A stretch of DNA of 24,506 bases from Alphaproteobacteria bacterium (GCA_965216755.1 CBDCGL010000003.1:1-24506), one strand, 5' to 3'. Positions 1-9,329 are shown, numbered from the stretch's first letter. Notes: generated by a model not told the origin, from the letters alone. Translations and numbers: made by a program.

Positions 1-155
1 TCATGCGCTTGCCGTGTCAGCGCGTATATCTCATCCCACTGGCGCGCGAGTTCCAACAGTCGGGCATCACCGTCGGCGGCGTTCACACCCGCAATATTCA
101 CGGATCCGGATACGGCAAGGCTGCCGCCGAGCAAAAGCGCTTCGCGTCTGTTCAT
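1..155 (-). CDS. 5' part of a small protein with a twin-arginine-like N-terminus, under C4 antisense control (runs off the window)
   Basis: Hand translation from ATG at 155: MNRREALLLGGSLAVSGSVNIAGVNAADGDARLLELARQWDEIYALTRQAH..., open to the window edge. The SD-like AGGGGT upstream overlaps the downstream C4 target TCTAGG. Confidence 0.7.
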   Translation of the reverse strand, partial: MNRREALLLGGSLAVSGSVNIAGVNAADGDARLLELARQWDEIYALTRQAH

Positions 156-164
156 TGATCTACC

Positions 165-184
165 CCTAGATTTCGGCTTGTTAG
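165..184 (-). promoter_or_regulatory. Downstream C4 target pair (a2/b2-type) overlapping the RBS of ORF 1-155
   Basis: Minus strand CTAACAA (184-178) and TCTAGG (170-165) are complementary to TTGTTAG and CCTAGA within the C4 RNA. Confidence 0.8.
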
Positions 185-210
185 GCCAATACCGGCTTAC
201 AGCACCGGCA

Positions 211-290
211 ACCGGGAGCTAACAACACGTCTAGGAGCGTGCCCATCCTATTCCCCGCGAGCGGGTATTTTATTCGGACGGACTCCCGGC
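211..290 (-). ncRNA. c4: C4-type antisense RNA (P1/P7 c4 family)
   Basis: Closing stem GCCGGGAG/CTCCCGGT (290-283/218-211); inner stem CCGTCC/GGATGG capped by a CCCGCTCGCGGG hairpin; hairpin CACG-CTCCTAGA-CGTG presenting CCUAGA; single-stranded UUGUUAG. Matching targets occur both upstream and downstream. Confidence 0.85.
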
Positions 291-300
291 GAAAGGGCAT

Positions 301-330
301 AGAAAAGCCGCCAAGCTTTCGGGGGCGGTA
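301..330 (-). terminator. Terminator-like hairpin in the c4 leader
   Basis: Minus strand CCGCC-CCCGAAAGCTT-GGCGG followed by CTTTTCT, between the upstream target pair and the C4 RNA. Confidence 0.55.
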
Positions 331-334
331 GCCG

Positions 335-356
335 CCTAGATGGTGTTGTTAGCACC
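335..356 (-). promoter_or_regulatory. Upstream C4 target pair (a1/b1-type)
   Basis: Minus strand GGTGCTAACAACACC (small hairpin containing CTAACAA, 352-346) followed by TCTAGG (340-335). Confidence 0.8.
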
Positions 357-363
357 GTGAAGA

Positions 364-392
364 ATGCTGCTCCCGCCAGGCGCGAATGTCAA
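364..392 (-). promoter_or_regulatory. Putative sigma70 promoter for the c4 operon
   Basis: Perfect TTGACA (392-387), 17-bp spacer and a weak -10 CAGCAT (369-364), just upstream of the first C4 target. Confidence 0.5.
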
Positions 393-427
393 TCGGAAAA
401 GCGCTCCTTTCGTGCTAAGGTTGCGTT

Positions 428-938
428 ATGCGTTACATCCTGAGCGGCGCAATCTTCGGCTTCATGATCGCTACGATCAAGTGGATCATCGGTGATCTGC
501 CCCACCCATTGGCCAACTACATTGCATATGTTGGTATGTGCGCGCTCACCGGCGGCATTGTTGGTGGTCTGATCGAGCTCCGCTCCAAGATCGTCGACAG
601 GTGGCCGTACGAAGAATTGCTGCGGCGCCAGAAACGGTTTCCGAAGGCGGGTGATAGTCGTTGCCGCCGTCATATGCCTGAGCGCGGCCACGCTCTGGGC
701 GACCGGGGTCGAGAGGGACAGTGTTCCGCATCTGAACGGAAGCGTATGGTCGCACTTCATCTCCCTGAGCGTCCTGATCACGCCCATTCTTATCGTTGCC
801 TCGTTCGCACAGGGCGTTCGCGATCGGCAAAGGAGGGGCTTGCCGGTTGGTCCGGAATACCTTTGGGGGCCCCGCGCGGAGGCCCCTCAAGCTCAATCTT
901 CGCGCCCTGCGTCAACAGCTGAAACGTCCCAAGAATAG
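428..938 (+). CDS. Four-TM membrane protein (~169 aa after correcting one +1 insertion at 649-651); possible superinfection-exclusion or moron protein
   Basis: ORF 428 has two hydrophobic helices and ORF 651-938 two more. Removing one G from AAGGCGGGTGATA joins them as ...RFPKAVIVVAAVICL... It is the only credible plus-strand gene in the window. Confidence 0.6.
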
Positions 939-2869
939 CCCGCGCGCTGTTCACGCCGACTTGGTGTAAGCGCGCCAGTTCCTTTTGCCCTGTCGGTGAT
1001 AGGATAACTTGCGCCATTTTGGTGGCATGCTTGCCAAACCGCACTTCCTGCCAGAAGTCCATGAGCGCGCCGGGGATGCGTTGCGGCGCGATTGCCTTTG
1101 GCAGTAGCCCGGCGACGTCACCACGAAGCTCGCGCGCGATTTCCTGAAAGAACGCTGTTTCGGAAGGCTCGCGCACCGCGCGGCCAGTGGCGTCCAGCAC
1201 CGCCATCAACCGATTGAGCGCCGCGAACTCCTTGGGTTCCAATGCGGCTTGCAGCATAGCGCGGCGCTTCTGACTGCCAAATACGGCTTTACGGAATAGA
1301 CCTCCAATGTTCGGTGTGCTAGTCGTCGCGGCCTCGGCGATGTTCTCGAATGTTTCTTGAAGATGCGCACGTGTAAGCGCGCGCCAAGCTTCGGGGTTCG
1401 CTGATTCGATCGCGCTGCGCGCCTGTTTGACAACTTCCGGCGCTGATGTCTTCGGATTGAAAATTACGTTCCCGGCACGCAAGATTTGCGTGTCTTTGAT
1501 GCCGGCGACCTGGCCGACGATTCCTTTCTGTAGCTCCGTAACTTGTGGGCTGCCTTGCTCGAAAATCTCGCGTGCAGCTTTGTACTCAGGGCTGACCGCG
1601 TCGATCTGTTCCAGCAGGGCCTGCTTGATTTCCATCACCCGCCGCTTGGTTGTACGGCCCCAAGCTATTGACGCCGGACGCCTCAAGCATCTGGTCAATT
1701 TCAAGCTTTGCGCTGTGCAGCTTCTCTAGGTCCGTGACAAAACGTGTTTCGGTCGTGCTGTGACCATCTCGAACGACCTCGGTCGTCTCCGTCATGAATT
1801 TGCGCGCGCGCCGCAAGGCCGCTTGCACCTGACCGCCCCGCGCGGCTTTCGAGAACGTCCGGTTGACCATTTGCAGCACCGGCCCGCACGTCAACTTCGA
1901 CGCCCGATGCAAACGCTTTTTCATACAATGGCGATGCCTTGGCACGACGGGCTTGCACGGCCGCGTCGATTGCTGCGTTGGCCGCCTGCCGCCCCTCTTG
2001 ACTGGCTACAACTGTTGACCCCTGCGGCGATAGTCGGTTCAGATACTCGCCCGACCGCGTTTTGAACCTTGTCATTTCGAATTCGGAAGAAATTGACAAA
2101 CGCGTCACTCGTTTCAGGGTGGTTGGTCAAAAATCGCTGGAAACTCTTAAGTCGACGAGACCCCGAGCGCTCGGCAAGCGTCAGCGGAACGCCCACGTCT
2201 TCGCTCGCTTTGGTCAGCGCCCTCACGCCCGCCTGGCCGAAGGATGCCGCCTCGCTCGCCACTTTACGGGCGGCTCGGCTTTGCAAGGCCTTGACGGCGA
2301 CCGCGCCCGCGGCCTCGCCAGTGGCCGCTATGGCAACCCTCGGTCAGCGCATCAACGGCACGCTGCCGAACTGACTTATCCTGCTCCAAGAAAATTGCCG
2401 ACAATGAACTGCGCAATTCTTCCCCACCTGCCGCGCCGAGGCCTGCCGCCGCGACTGTCGCAGGCACGCCAGCACCACCGGAGGCAACGACCAACGGCGC
2501 GGTAATGGCCGCACCGGCGAGTGCCCCCGCCGCCGGGATAGATGGCCCTGCAGTAGCCGCCAGCTTCCGCGCAATACCGGGCGTCACGGTTTTAACCTGA
2601 CCGTCCTTGTCCTTGAATACGATCTCGTCACCGATGGTCCCGAAGCGCTTTATCGCCACCTCTATTGGCTCGTCGGGAAACAGTTGCTCGGCGAATAGCC
2701 GAGCTCGCGGCTCGAACTCCGTCGCCAACGAAGCGGCGGCGACGCGGCCGATCGAGGGCGCGCGATTGGGGTCCGCGACGACCTCGGGCTTGACTTCGTC
2801 AAACGGATCAATCAGGCCACCGCCGGGCGCCGGCGGAGCATCAAACGGATCAACCAGCTGGCTGGGCAT
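790..2869 (-). pseudogene. Third, large DNA-ejection/internal virion protein (~691 aa when repaired), interrupted by four +1 frameshifts that are probably sequencing errors
   Basis: Starts MPSQLVDPFD at 2869. The fragments 2264-2869, 1921-2286, 1701-2108, 1586-1945 and 790-1704 join into one Ala-rich helical protein after removing one base each at ~2335, ~2051, ~1884 and ~1660. It is the last gene of the ejection trio. Confidence 0.75.
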
Positions 2870-4106
2870 ATTTAGTGTTCCACAGCTGCAAGATCTCTTG
2901 TGACGTTGCACCGGGGTTTGTTGCCGTCATACGCTCGAAGAACTCACCCAGGAAAACACGCTTGCCGCTGGTTGGGTTCTGACCTACCAGGGGGATTTGC
3001 GTGGCTGTCTGCTCCAATGACAAACCTTGGCTCTGAAAAAGATCCTGACGCAGGAGCGCGCTTGACAGGAAGCTTTCCAGCCATCGCGCCTTCGCCTCGA
3101 ACTCAGTCGGGGCATCACCGTCCATGAGGCCTACACCTGCTTTGGGGATGAATGATTCAGCGCGCTGCGCTTCCGCAGGTGTTACCGCCGCACCGGAGAA
3201 CTGCTTGAGCGTTTCTGCAAACAACCGGCTACTGTCTGCTTTGAAAACGGAGAATTCGATCAGGTCGTTGCGTGTTCCGGGATCGACGTTCTGACCGAGT
3301 TTCTCACCCACAGAGGCAGCTGTCAGTCGGCCACGCTCGAACACTTCCAAGAACTCCGGCCGGAATTGCGCGAGTTGATTTCGCACTGAGTTCAGCTGTT
3401 CGGACAAACCGATTTTGTTTTTCTCGATATCCTTTTGCGTGCTTGTCTGCAATTGCGAGGACGTCGACGCGCCACGCCCCTGACGGACAGATACGCCGCC
3501 TTCCGGGCCGACATCGACTGCCAGGCCGCTTGCGGGCTTGCCAGGCCTACCGGCGGCTTCCGCGCGAGGCACGAGCCGCGTTCCGGTTGGTGAATCCGGA
3601 TCGAAGACTTCGACCAAAGCGCGATCCGGCTTCTCAGGCGTCCGGTCCGCTTTGCGAATGTCCGCCGCTTCGGCCCGTTCCTCGGCCCTGACCGTCGCCG
3701 CTTCCTGGCGCTGTTCGCCGGCCAACGTATCGGCCAGCTGCTGGCGACGATCGAACTGGCCAAGCTGAACTTGGCTCGCGATTTCCGGGAACCCCTTTTC
3801 CATCAGCGCGCGAACCAGCACGTCCTGCGGCTCGGTACCGGGCGCGACCTGTCCGGTGTCGGGGTTGATGAACGGTTTCGCGGTCGATGCGGTTTGAATA
3901 GCTTCGGCCAAAGCGCCATGGCGATCCCGCTCTTGCCGCGCCGCGTCAGCCTTTGCGAACTCGCCAGCGACAACCTGGGCAAGATTCCCAAGGGTTTGCA
4001 ACGGCGTGCGATTTGGTTGGCTCTGTGCCTGCTGAAGCAAGGCCTGCGCAAGTGCACGGTTCCTCTCGGCACCCGGTGCCGCGATCGGCTGTAGCAATGG
4101 AGGCAT
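2850..4106 (-). CDS. DNA-ejection / internal virion protein 2
   Basis: 418 aa, Ala/Gln-rich helical N-terminus (ALAQALLQQA...LGNLAQV), SGAAVTPAEAQR motif typical of ejection proteins, and position after nozzle-GNAT-ejection 1. Confidence 0.7.
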   Translation of the reverse strand: MPPLLQPIAAPGAERNRALAQALLQQAQSQPNRTPLQTLGNLAQVVAGEFAKADAARQERDRHGALAEAIQTASTAKPFINPDTGQVAPGTEPQDVLVRALMEKGFPEIASQVQLGQFDRRQQLADTLAGEQRQEAATVRAEERAEAADIRKADRTPEKPDRALVEVFDPDSPTGTRLVPRAEAAGRPGKPASGLAVDVGPEGGVSVRQGRGASTSSQLQTSTQKDIEKNKIGLSEQLNSVRNQLAQFRPEFLEVFERGRLTAASVGEKLGQNVDPGTRNDLIEFSVFKADSSRLFAETLKQFSGAAVTPAEAQRAESFIPKAGVGLMDGDAPTEFEAKARWLESFLSSALLRQDLFQSQGLSLEQTATQIPLVGQNPTSGKRVFLGEFFERMTATNPGATSQEILQLWNTKYAQPAG

Positions 4107-4115
4107 GTTTGACCC

Positions 4116-5027
4116 CTATCCTGCGGCTTTCGAACCAAGGCCGAATAACGCGGGTATCAGCGACGTACCGCCGGTGACTGGCGCTGTCGCAATCGCGGTC
4201 CCGAGGCCGAACAGGCCACTCAGATTATCGGACTGCGCTTGCGCTTTGCGGTTGGCGGCAGCCTGGGCCGCCTGTTGCTGCAGCGTAAACGGCGCTAAAG
4301 CGTCCGTCGCGATCGGCCCCGTTTGAGCCGGCGCACCGAAATCCGGCGCGTTCAGCGGGATTGTGTTGGCGAAACTGGCCAGTTCCTGCAACGGCAACCC
4401 GCGTTCCAACAATGCTTCGCTCAACGACCGTTGGCGCGCGGTGTCAGCCAGGCCGAACAAGCGGCTTTGCTCCCCGCCGCCGGCCAGCACGGAACTCAGT
4501 GCCGCGTTTTCCAATGCGGTGTCGCGGCGGCGGTTCAAGTCCGTGAACTCGGCGCGCTGTGGTTGGAACTCAGCCGGAATGCCGGCGGCCGTCAGCCGAG
4601 CGCGGGTCTGTTCGGCTTGCTCGTCAAACACCGGATCGATCAGCGCCCGTGCCCTTTGAAACTGTGCTTCCTCGACACGTTGTCTTTCGGCGCCGAAGTC
4701 ATCGACACCAGGCAGGCCAGGCAGGCCGGAGAAATCGAGCGCCTGTGTCGGCAGCTGGCTAACCCGGGTCTGGCCCAGGCCCAGCAACGCCTCGGCAAGC
4801 TGGTTGCGGACGTCTAGCTGTGCCTGGCCACTTGGCGACAGCTCTGTGACCGCGGTTCGATCCGGCGACCCGATTTCGCCTTCAAACCGTTGGCTGCCGA
4901 ACGGCGTTTGGATGCCGATCTGATTGAACCGCGCGGCCTCGCTGAGCGCCTGTGTGTTCGCGGCCTGCTGCGCCGCGATCAGCTGATTGGGGTCAGGCGG
5001 CGCGGGTGTCTTGGTCTTTTTGCCCAT
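4116..5027 (-). CDS. DNA-ejection / internal virion protein 1
   Basis: 303 aa with a MGKKTKTPAPPDP...AQQAAN...TPFGS N-terminus, a Gln/Ala-rich body and a Gly-rich hydrophobic C-terminus; directly follows the GNAT gene. Confidence 0.7.
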   Translation of the reverse strand: MGKKTKTPAPPDPNQLIAAQQAANTQALSEAARFNQIGIQTPFGSQRFEGEIGSPDRTAVTELSPSGQAQLDVRNQLAEALLGLGQTRVSQLPTQALDFSGLPGLPGVDDFGAERQRVEEAQFQRARALIDPVFDEQAEQTRARLTAAGIPAEFQPQRAEFTDLNRRRDTALENAALSSVLAGGGEQSRLFGLADTARQRSLSEALLERGLPLQELASFANTIPLNAPDFGAPAQTGPIATDALAPFTLQQQAAQAAANRKAQAQSDNLSGLFGLGTAIATAPVTGGTSLIPALFGLGSKAAG

Positions 5028-5478
5028 GATCCATCATCCAAACATCCGAAAAGTCGCCCGGCGCGTCGTCAATCCAGCGGCATTCGTGTCGCAGCAACGA
5101 ATAGACCGCCGCGTCACCACCTGTCGGCCAGGCTTTCCGGCCGATCCCCTCGAACTTGAAACCGAGCCGTTGCACCAGGTCGCGCGCCTTTCTGTTCCGG
5201 CGATGTGTCGTCGCCTGAATGCGCTTAACGCGAAGCATGTGGAACGGGTAGTCGAATGCCGCGCGCAGCACGCGACGCGTACACCAGCGCGGATCGATCG
5301 TCGTCAGCCCCATTTCGATCGAATGCTCCGGCGCGTAGTTATTGTAGACGAACGCGCCAATCAACTCGCCGTCACGGACGACACCGATGCTCGCGAAGTC
5401 GCCAAGATCAACGTCAAACCCGGCTTGCGCCCAACGGCACAGCGTTGACCCAGGCTGGCCGCCGATCAACTGAATCAC
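4993..5478 (-). CDS. GNAT-family acetyltransferase-like virion assembly protein
   Basis: RimJ/RimL-like motifs (AAFDYPF, NRKARDLVQRLGFKFEG); GTGA overlap with the nozzle stop; typical podovirus position between nozzle and ejection genes. Confidence 0.8.
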   Translation of the reverse strand: MIQLIGGQPGSTLCRWAQAGFDVDLGDFASIGVVRDGELIGAFVYNNYAPEHSIEMGLTTIDPRWCTRRVLRAAFDYPFHMLRVKRIQATTHRRNRKARDLVQRLGFKFEGIGRKAWPTGGDAAVYSLLRHECRWIDDAPGDFSDVWMMDHGQKDQDTRAA

Positions 5479-7013
5479 CGCACGCCCCCTTGCTGTGCGA
5501 GCACGTCGGTCGAAAACCAGTCAACATTCTGCGCGTTCGCCTCGCCTTCGAAACGCACCGCAGCGCTCCGGCCGATCGCCGGCGTGCTGATCCACTTCGA
5601 CGCCGGCGCCGATGATCCGGCCCATTCGCCGACGTCCCAATCGTCAGCGTCCCAATCGGAACCGGCGCCCGTGGCCGCGAAGCTGGTCAGGTTCGCCGCC
5701 AGCGGACGGTCGCCGAAATCCACGTCAAGGCCGACTGTGGCCAACAAGATGCCGTCGGTGCGGGTCACCGGTCGCGACATGGTGAACCGCTTGATGCTGC
5801 TACGCTTTTTTAGGTAGCTAAAGGCCTGTTTGGCGCGAAAGCGAATCGGTGCCCCGTCGTCGGTCGCGCCACCCAATCTGTAGACCACGCCGCCGCCACC
5901 GCCGAAGTAGACACCGCCGTCATACGCGCCCCAGACGCGCGCGGGAATGGCCGTGTATTGTGCCCAGGCACCGGTCATGACGTTCAGCACGTGTTGCTCG
6001 TACGCGGTGCCTACGAGCGTCGGCACGTTAAAATAAAGCGCGCATCCGGTCGGGCAGCTGAACGCTTGCCAGCCGAAGTTCCCACCGAACAGATTTGACG
6101 CGTCCGCGACAGCCGGCCGTATCTTCCCCCACACCGGATGGCGATCGATGGTGTCAGCCGTGCCGCCCTGCAGCAAGTGGCTCACCGGCATGTAACCGGC
6201 TTCGGTGATGACGACGAGCTCGCCGCCGACCTCGGTCAGGCACCGACGCCCGATTGGCCTGCCGATCAGATAGCTGCCGACCTTGACGAAGTCAGTCGCC
6301 GGATCTATGCCGCTATAGATCAGCACTTCGCCGTTCGACGATACGAAGACGATAAAGTCATCTAGGCCGTCGCCGGCATCCCGCGACCACACGCCGATGG
6401 CTTGTAGCTGGCCACCAAGGCGCAGGATTTGATTCAGCTGAAACCGCGTCAGCGCACCGGTGACAGCGCCAACGCCGCCGTACCAGAAATCGCCGGTGTC
6501 TTTCTCGACGAAATACAGGCGCCCCTTGAACGGCACAACCTGAATCAAATCCGAGACCGTTGTCGGTCCTGTGAACCCGGCAGCGGCCATCGTCGTCCCG
6601 TCAAAGGACTGCGGTGCGTCGCTGCCATTCACCAGGATCAAGCGGTTGCCGAAGTTCGCGCCCTGCCAACGGCCGGACGTAAAGCCGGCCGCCAGCGATG
6701 ACGCCGCACCCGCGGCGGTCGCGTCATACAGGTTCGTGCCGCTGGCCGCGATCAGCTTGCGGCTGGTCAGGCCGGCGAACTCAATGACCGTCTCGACCTC
6801 GCCTGCGCCAACGCCCGTTGCATGTTCGGTATAGCCTGGCCGCACGCTGACGCGATCGCCATTCGGAAACCAGTTTTCGAGACGGATCGCGTCGGTGTCT
6901 TTCATCCGGTCCAGGCTGTCGCGCGCGTTCCAGCCGCCAATCGGTGCCGGAAACGACAGGCTTTCTGACCGCACCGCGATACGCTGCCGACGCGGGTTAC
7001 GGAGTTGGATCAT
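5475..7013 (-). CDS. Tail nozzle / packaged-DNA stabilization protein (P22 gp10 / T7 gp12 analogue)
   Basis: 512 aa from ATG 7013 (TGATG overlap); PAPIGGWNARD...DAIRLENWFP N-terminus, beta-propeller-like body and WDADDWDVGEW near the C-terminus. Confidence 0.8.
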   Translation of the reverse strand: MIQLRNPRRQRIAVRSESLSFPAPIGGWNARDSLDRMKDTDAIRLENWFPNGDRVSVRPGYTEHATGVGAGEVETVIEFAGLTSRKLIAASGTNLYDATAAGAASSLAAGFTSGRWQGANFGNRLILVNGSDAPQSFDGTTMAAAGFTGPTTVSDLIQVVPFKGRLYFVEKDTGDFWYGGVGAVTGALTRFQLNQILRLGGQLQAIGVWSRDAGDGLDDFIVFVSSNGEVLIYSGIDPATDFVKVGSYLIGRPIGRRCLTEVGGELVVITEAGYMPVSHLLQGGTADTIDRHPVWGKIRPAVADASNLFGGNFGWQAFSCPTGCALYFNVPTLVGTAYEQHVLNVMTGAWAQYTAIPARVWGAYDGGVYFGGGGGVVYRLGGATDDGAPIRFRAKQAFSYLKKRSSIKRFTMSRPVTRTDGILLATVGLDVDFGDRPLAANLTSFAATGAGSDWDADDWDVGEWAGSSAPASKWISTPAIGRSAAVRFEGEANAQNVDWFSTDVLAQQGGVR

Positions 7014-7732
7014 CAGCCGTAACCGCTCTCTGGCAAGTTCACATCCGTCGGCCGGACCGGTCGACTGCGGCCCATGCCGATGACCTTGGACGGCACGTCG
7101 GTCTCGATGGCGCGGAACACCTGCCGCTCGTAGGCGTTGAACTCTTCCTCGTACGGCAGCCCTTTGGCTTTCAGAAACCGCCACACCAGGCCTTGCCGCA
7201 TCAGCTCTTCGTCGAGGCGCCCGACGTCTGTGTCAGCCGCCCATGCCGATTGACCGGTGCCGCCGGACGACTCACACCAATCGGTCGAGACATATTCGAT
7301 GACCAAGCTATCGGCCGATGCCGGCACCGGATCGATGAAGATGCGCGGTGCGCCTGCCGACGTATCCCACTTCACGCGGAACCGCTTACGTAGAGACGTG
7401 GACGCAATCAGGCCTGACTTCGCGATCTGCCATTCCCGCGCACCGAAGCTGCCGCGCATCTTCCAATACTGCGTACGATCCCACGCTGTTTCGTCGACCC
7501 CATATCGCCAGTCGCTCGGCAGGGCGTAGCTTTCCGTGCTGGCGACGGTGGTGAACGTGTGTTCGCGCTGTAGAACGGACCACGCGTGACCCGTCGACAG
7601 TACACGGCCTTCGCGTTGCGCCAGGGCGACGATCTGCTTGGCCGTTTCGTTGGCGTTGCCGATGAACGCATCGGGCACCTCGGTGTCGCCGATTTCGTTT
7701 AGCGCGTCCTGGCACATGGTGAGTAGGCTCAT
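7013..7732 (-). CDS. Head-tail adaptor (tail tubular protein A-like)
   Basis: 239 aa from ATG 7732; MSLLTMCQDALNEIG start, YALPSDW and GLVWRFLKAKGLPY motifs; lies just before the nozzle gene. Confidence 0.75.
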   Translation of the reverse strand: MSLLTMCQDALNEIGDTEVPDAFIGNANETAKQIVALAQREGRVLSTGHAWSVLQREHTFTTVASTESYALPSDWRYGVDETAWDRTQYWKMRGSFGAREWQIAKSGLIASTSLRKRFRVKWDTSAGAPRIFIDPVPASADSLVIEYVSTDWCESSGGTGQSAWAADTDVGRLDEELMRQGLVWRFLKAKGLPYEEEFNAYERQVFRAIETDVPSKVIGMGRSRPVRPTDVNLPESGYG

Positions 7733-7959
7733 CACGCACCCCACTGGCCGTTGAACGACACCATCTCATCGACGCCGCGTAGAAGCTTTTTCGCCATCTC
7801 ATGGCCTTCACAGGTGGGGTCCAGTGCCATCTGGCGCACTTCCTCGCGCACCGCGTCCAGCTCGTGGTCCTTAAGCTCGGTCATCGTGCGCTTACCGTGA
7901 AAGGTGATCAGACCCGGCTGGTTCGGCAAAAGCAGTATCGGCGCAAGCTGAATCAACAT
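7732..7959 (-). CDS. Small hypothetical protein (75 aa, or 50 aa from ATG 7884)
   Basis: Fills the gap exactly: starts 3 bp after the upstream stop, and its stop overlaps the adaptor start (TGATG). Confidence 0.5.
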   Translation of the reverse strand: MLIQLAPILLLPNQPGLITFHGKRTMTELKDHELDAVREEVRQMALDPTCEGHEMAKKLLRGVDEMVSFNGQWGA

Positions 7960-7962
7960 CGC

Positions 7963-8637
7963 CTACGCGGCTTTTGCGGCCTGCCGTCGCTGGCGACGTG
8001 TGCGCGGCTCCGGCGTTTCGTCCTCGCCGTCTTGGTCATCACCATCTTCGCCGTCTTCGTCGCCGCCACCGATCTCGCCGCGATCGATGCCGCGCTGCAT
8101 GTCGGCCATCTGTGCCCTGACCGCCTTCAACTCGCGATCTTTCTCTTGCAGCTCCGCACGCAGCTCTTTGACCGTTTCGTCTTCACCCTGGATGAACTCC
8201 TGCGCGCGCTTGCGCAGATCCATGCCGTCGGGCCCTAGCTTGCCCAGCAAGTTGTCGTTCGCCTGCGCAAGCTGCTCGACCGTGAGATAGCCGAGCGCCT
8301 TGAGTTCCATGAGCCGTGTCGCGGTCAGATACGGCCATTCATTGATTGGCGTACCGCCGCTGATGCCGCGTTCGCGCTTGGTGTAACGATCCCACGCGAC
8401 CGGCCAGCGCGTCTTGTCTTCGGGCTTCACGGCACGATCCAAGCGCGTCTTGCTCTGCCCGGGAATCAGGATCAACACATAGGTCTTGGTCGTGTAGATC
8501 GGCCGCCCTTCTTTCTCCGACTGCGCCTTGTTGTGCACCGGTCGGTCGTAAAACGTCGCCATCACGCCGTCCGCATCGGTTTGGCTGGCGCCCGCCTTTT
8601 CGGCGAGCGTCAACCAATCTTGGCTAGAAACGTCCAT
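7963..8637 (-). CDS. Conserved phage protein with HhH-like segment, coiled coil and acidic/basic tail
   Basis: 224 aa; GRPIY...RWPVAW...GTPINEWP...ELKALGYLTVEQLA; TAATG overlap with the upstream gene. Confidence 0.75.
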   Translation of the reverse strand: MDVSSQDWLTLAEKAGASQTDADGVMATFYDRPVHNKAQSEKEGRPIYTTKTYVLILIPGQSKTRLDRAVKPEDKTRWPVAWDRYTKRERGISGGTPINEWPYLTATRLMELKALGYLTVEQLAQANDNLLGKLGPDGMDLRKRAQEFIQGEDETVKELRAELQEKDRELKAVRAQMADMQRGIDRGEIGGGDEDGEDGDDQDGEDETPEPRTRRQRRQAAKAA

Positions 8638-9314
8638 TAGCCGCCACTCACCATGCCTTGCGCTTCCGTGCGCCAGGCACGCAGGCTGTCTTCGGTGGCA
8701 CCCTGAACGGCACCGGCCAGATGTGTGATGTCGGCATCAGCCATGACCGCCAGATCGGCGAAGGTCAGCACAGACTCCGCGTTGAGGCGATCGGCCATCG
8801 TCGGCCCGATACCGCTGATCAACGTCAGGTCGTCAGCGATAGCTGCCGTCGGCGCGGGGGCCGGCTGGGTCGTCGCCGGTGCAGGCGGCACGACAGGCTC
8901 CGGCGTGACAGGCGGCGTTGTCGCCACTGGCGCGGCGTCCGGCGTCGGAGGTGCCGGTTGCTGACCAGCCGGAACAGGATCACCGTCAGGCGTTACGTTC
9001 ATTTCGGCCGCCTTCGCTTCGGCGTCCCGGCGCCGTTGCTCGGCGAATTCGGCCTCTTGGCGCTTGGCCTCGGCCTCTTGTTCGGCCTGTTCCAATTCGG
9101 CCCGTCGCTTGGCCGCGATTTCGGCGTCGTTGCGTTCACGCACATCGACGATGGCCTTAAGCACCTTCGTCGGCAGTCGTGCTTCGGCCATCTGACGGAC
9201 ATCGCTGTCCGTCAGCGTGGCCAATACGCCCGCCTTGATAAACGCATAGAAATTGGTCGCGGGGTTCATTCCCTCGGCCAACTCCTGGATCATCTGTTGT
9301 TCTTTTGTCGGCAT
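8637..9314 (-). CDS. Protein with coiled coil, Pro/Ala/Thr-rich linker and C-terminal helix-hairpin-helix domain (DUF4332/HHH_5-like)
   Basis: ATG 9314 with an AGGAG RBS; C-terminal DDLTLISGIGPTMADRLNAESVLTFADLA motif; 225 aa. Confidence 0.75.
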   Translation of the reverse strand: MPTKEQQMIQELAEGMNPATNFYAFIKAGVLATLTDSDVRQMAEARLPTKVLKAIVDVRERNDAEIAAKRRAELEQAEQEAEAKRQEAEFAEQRRRDAEAKAAEMNVTPDGDPVPAGQQPAPPTPDAAPVATTPPVTPEPVVPPAPATTQPAPAPTAAIADDLTLISGIGPTMADRLNAESVLTFADLAVMADADITHLAGAVQGATEDSLRAWRTEAQGMVSGG

Positions 9315-9329
9315 TCCCGAACTCCTAAG

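Noticed and set aside
211-290. tRNA-like cloverleaf
   Set aside because: No T-loop or anticodon-arm consensus; fully explained as C4 RNA with matching targets.
790-2869. Programmed frameshifting or several separate small genes
   Set aside because: Four successive shifts without slippery heptamers, and the same error type in an opposite-strand gene; a single gene with insertions is simpler.
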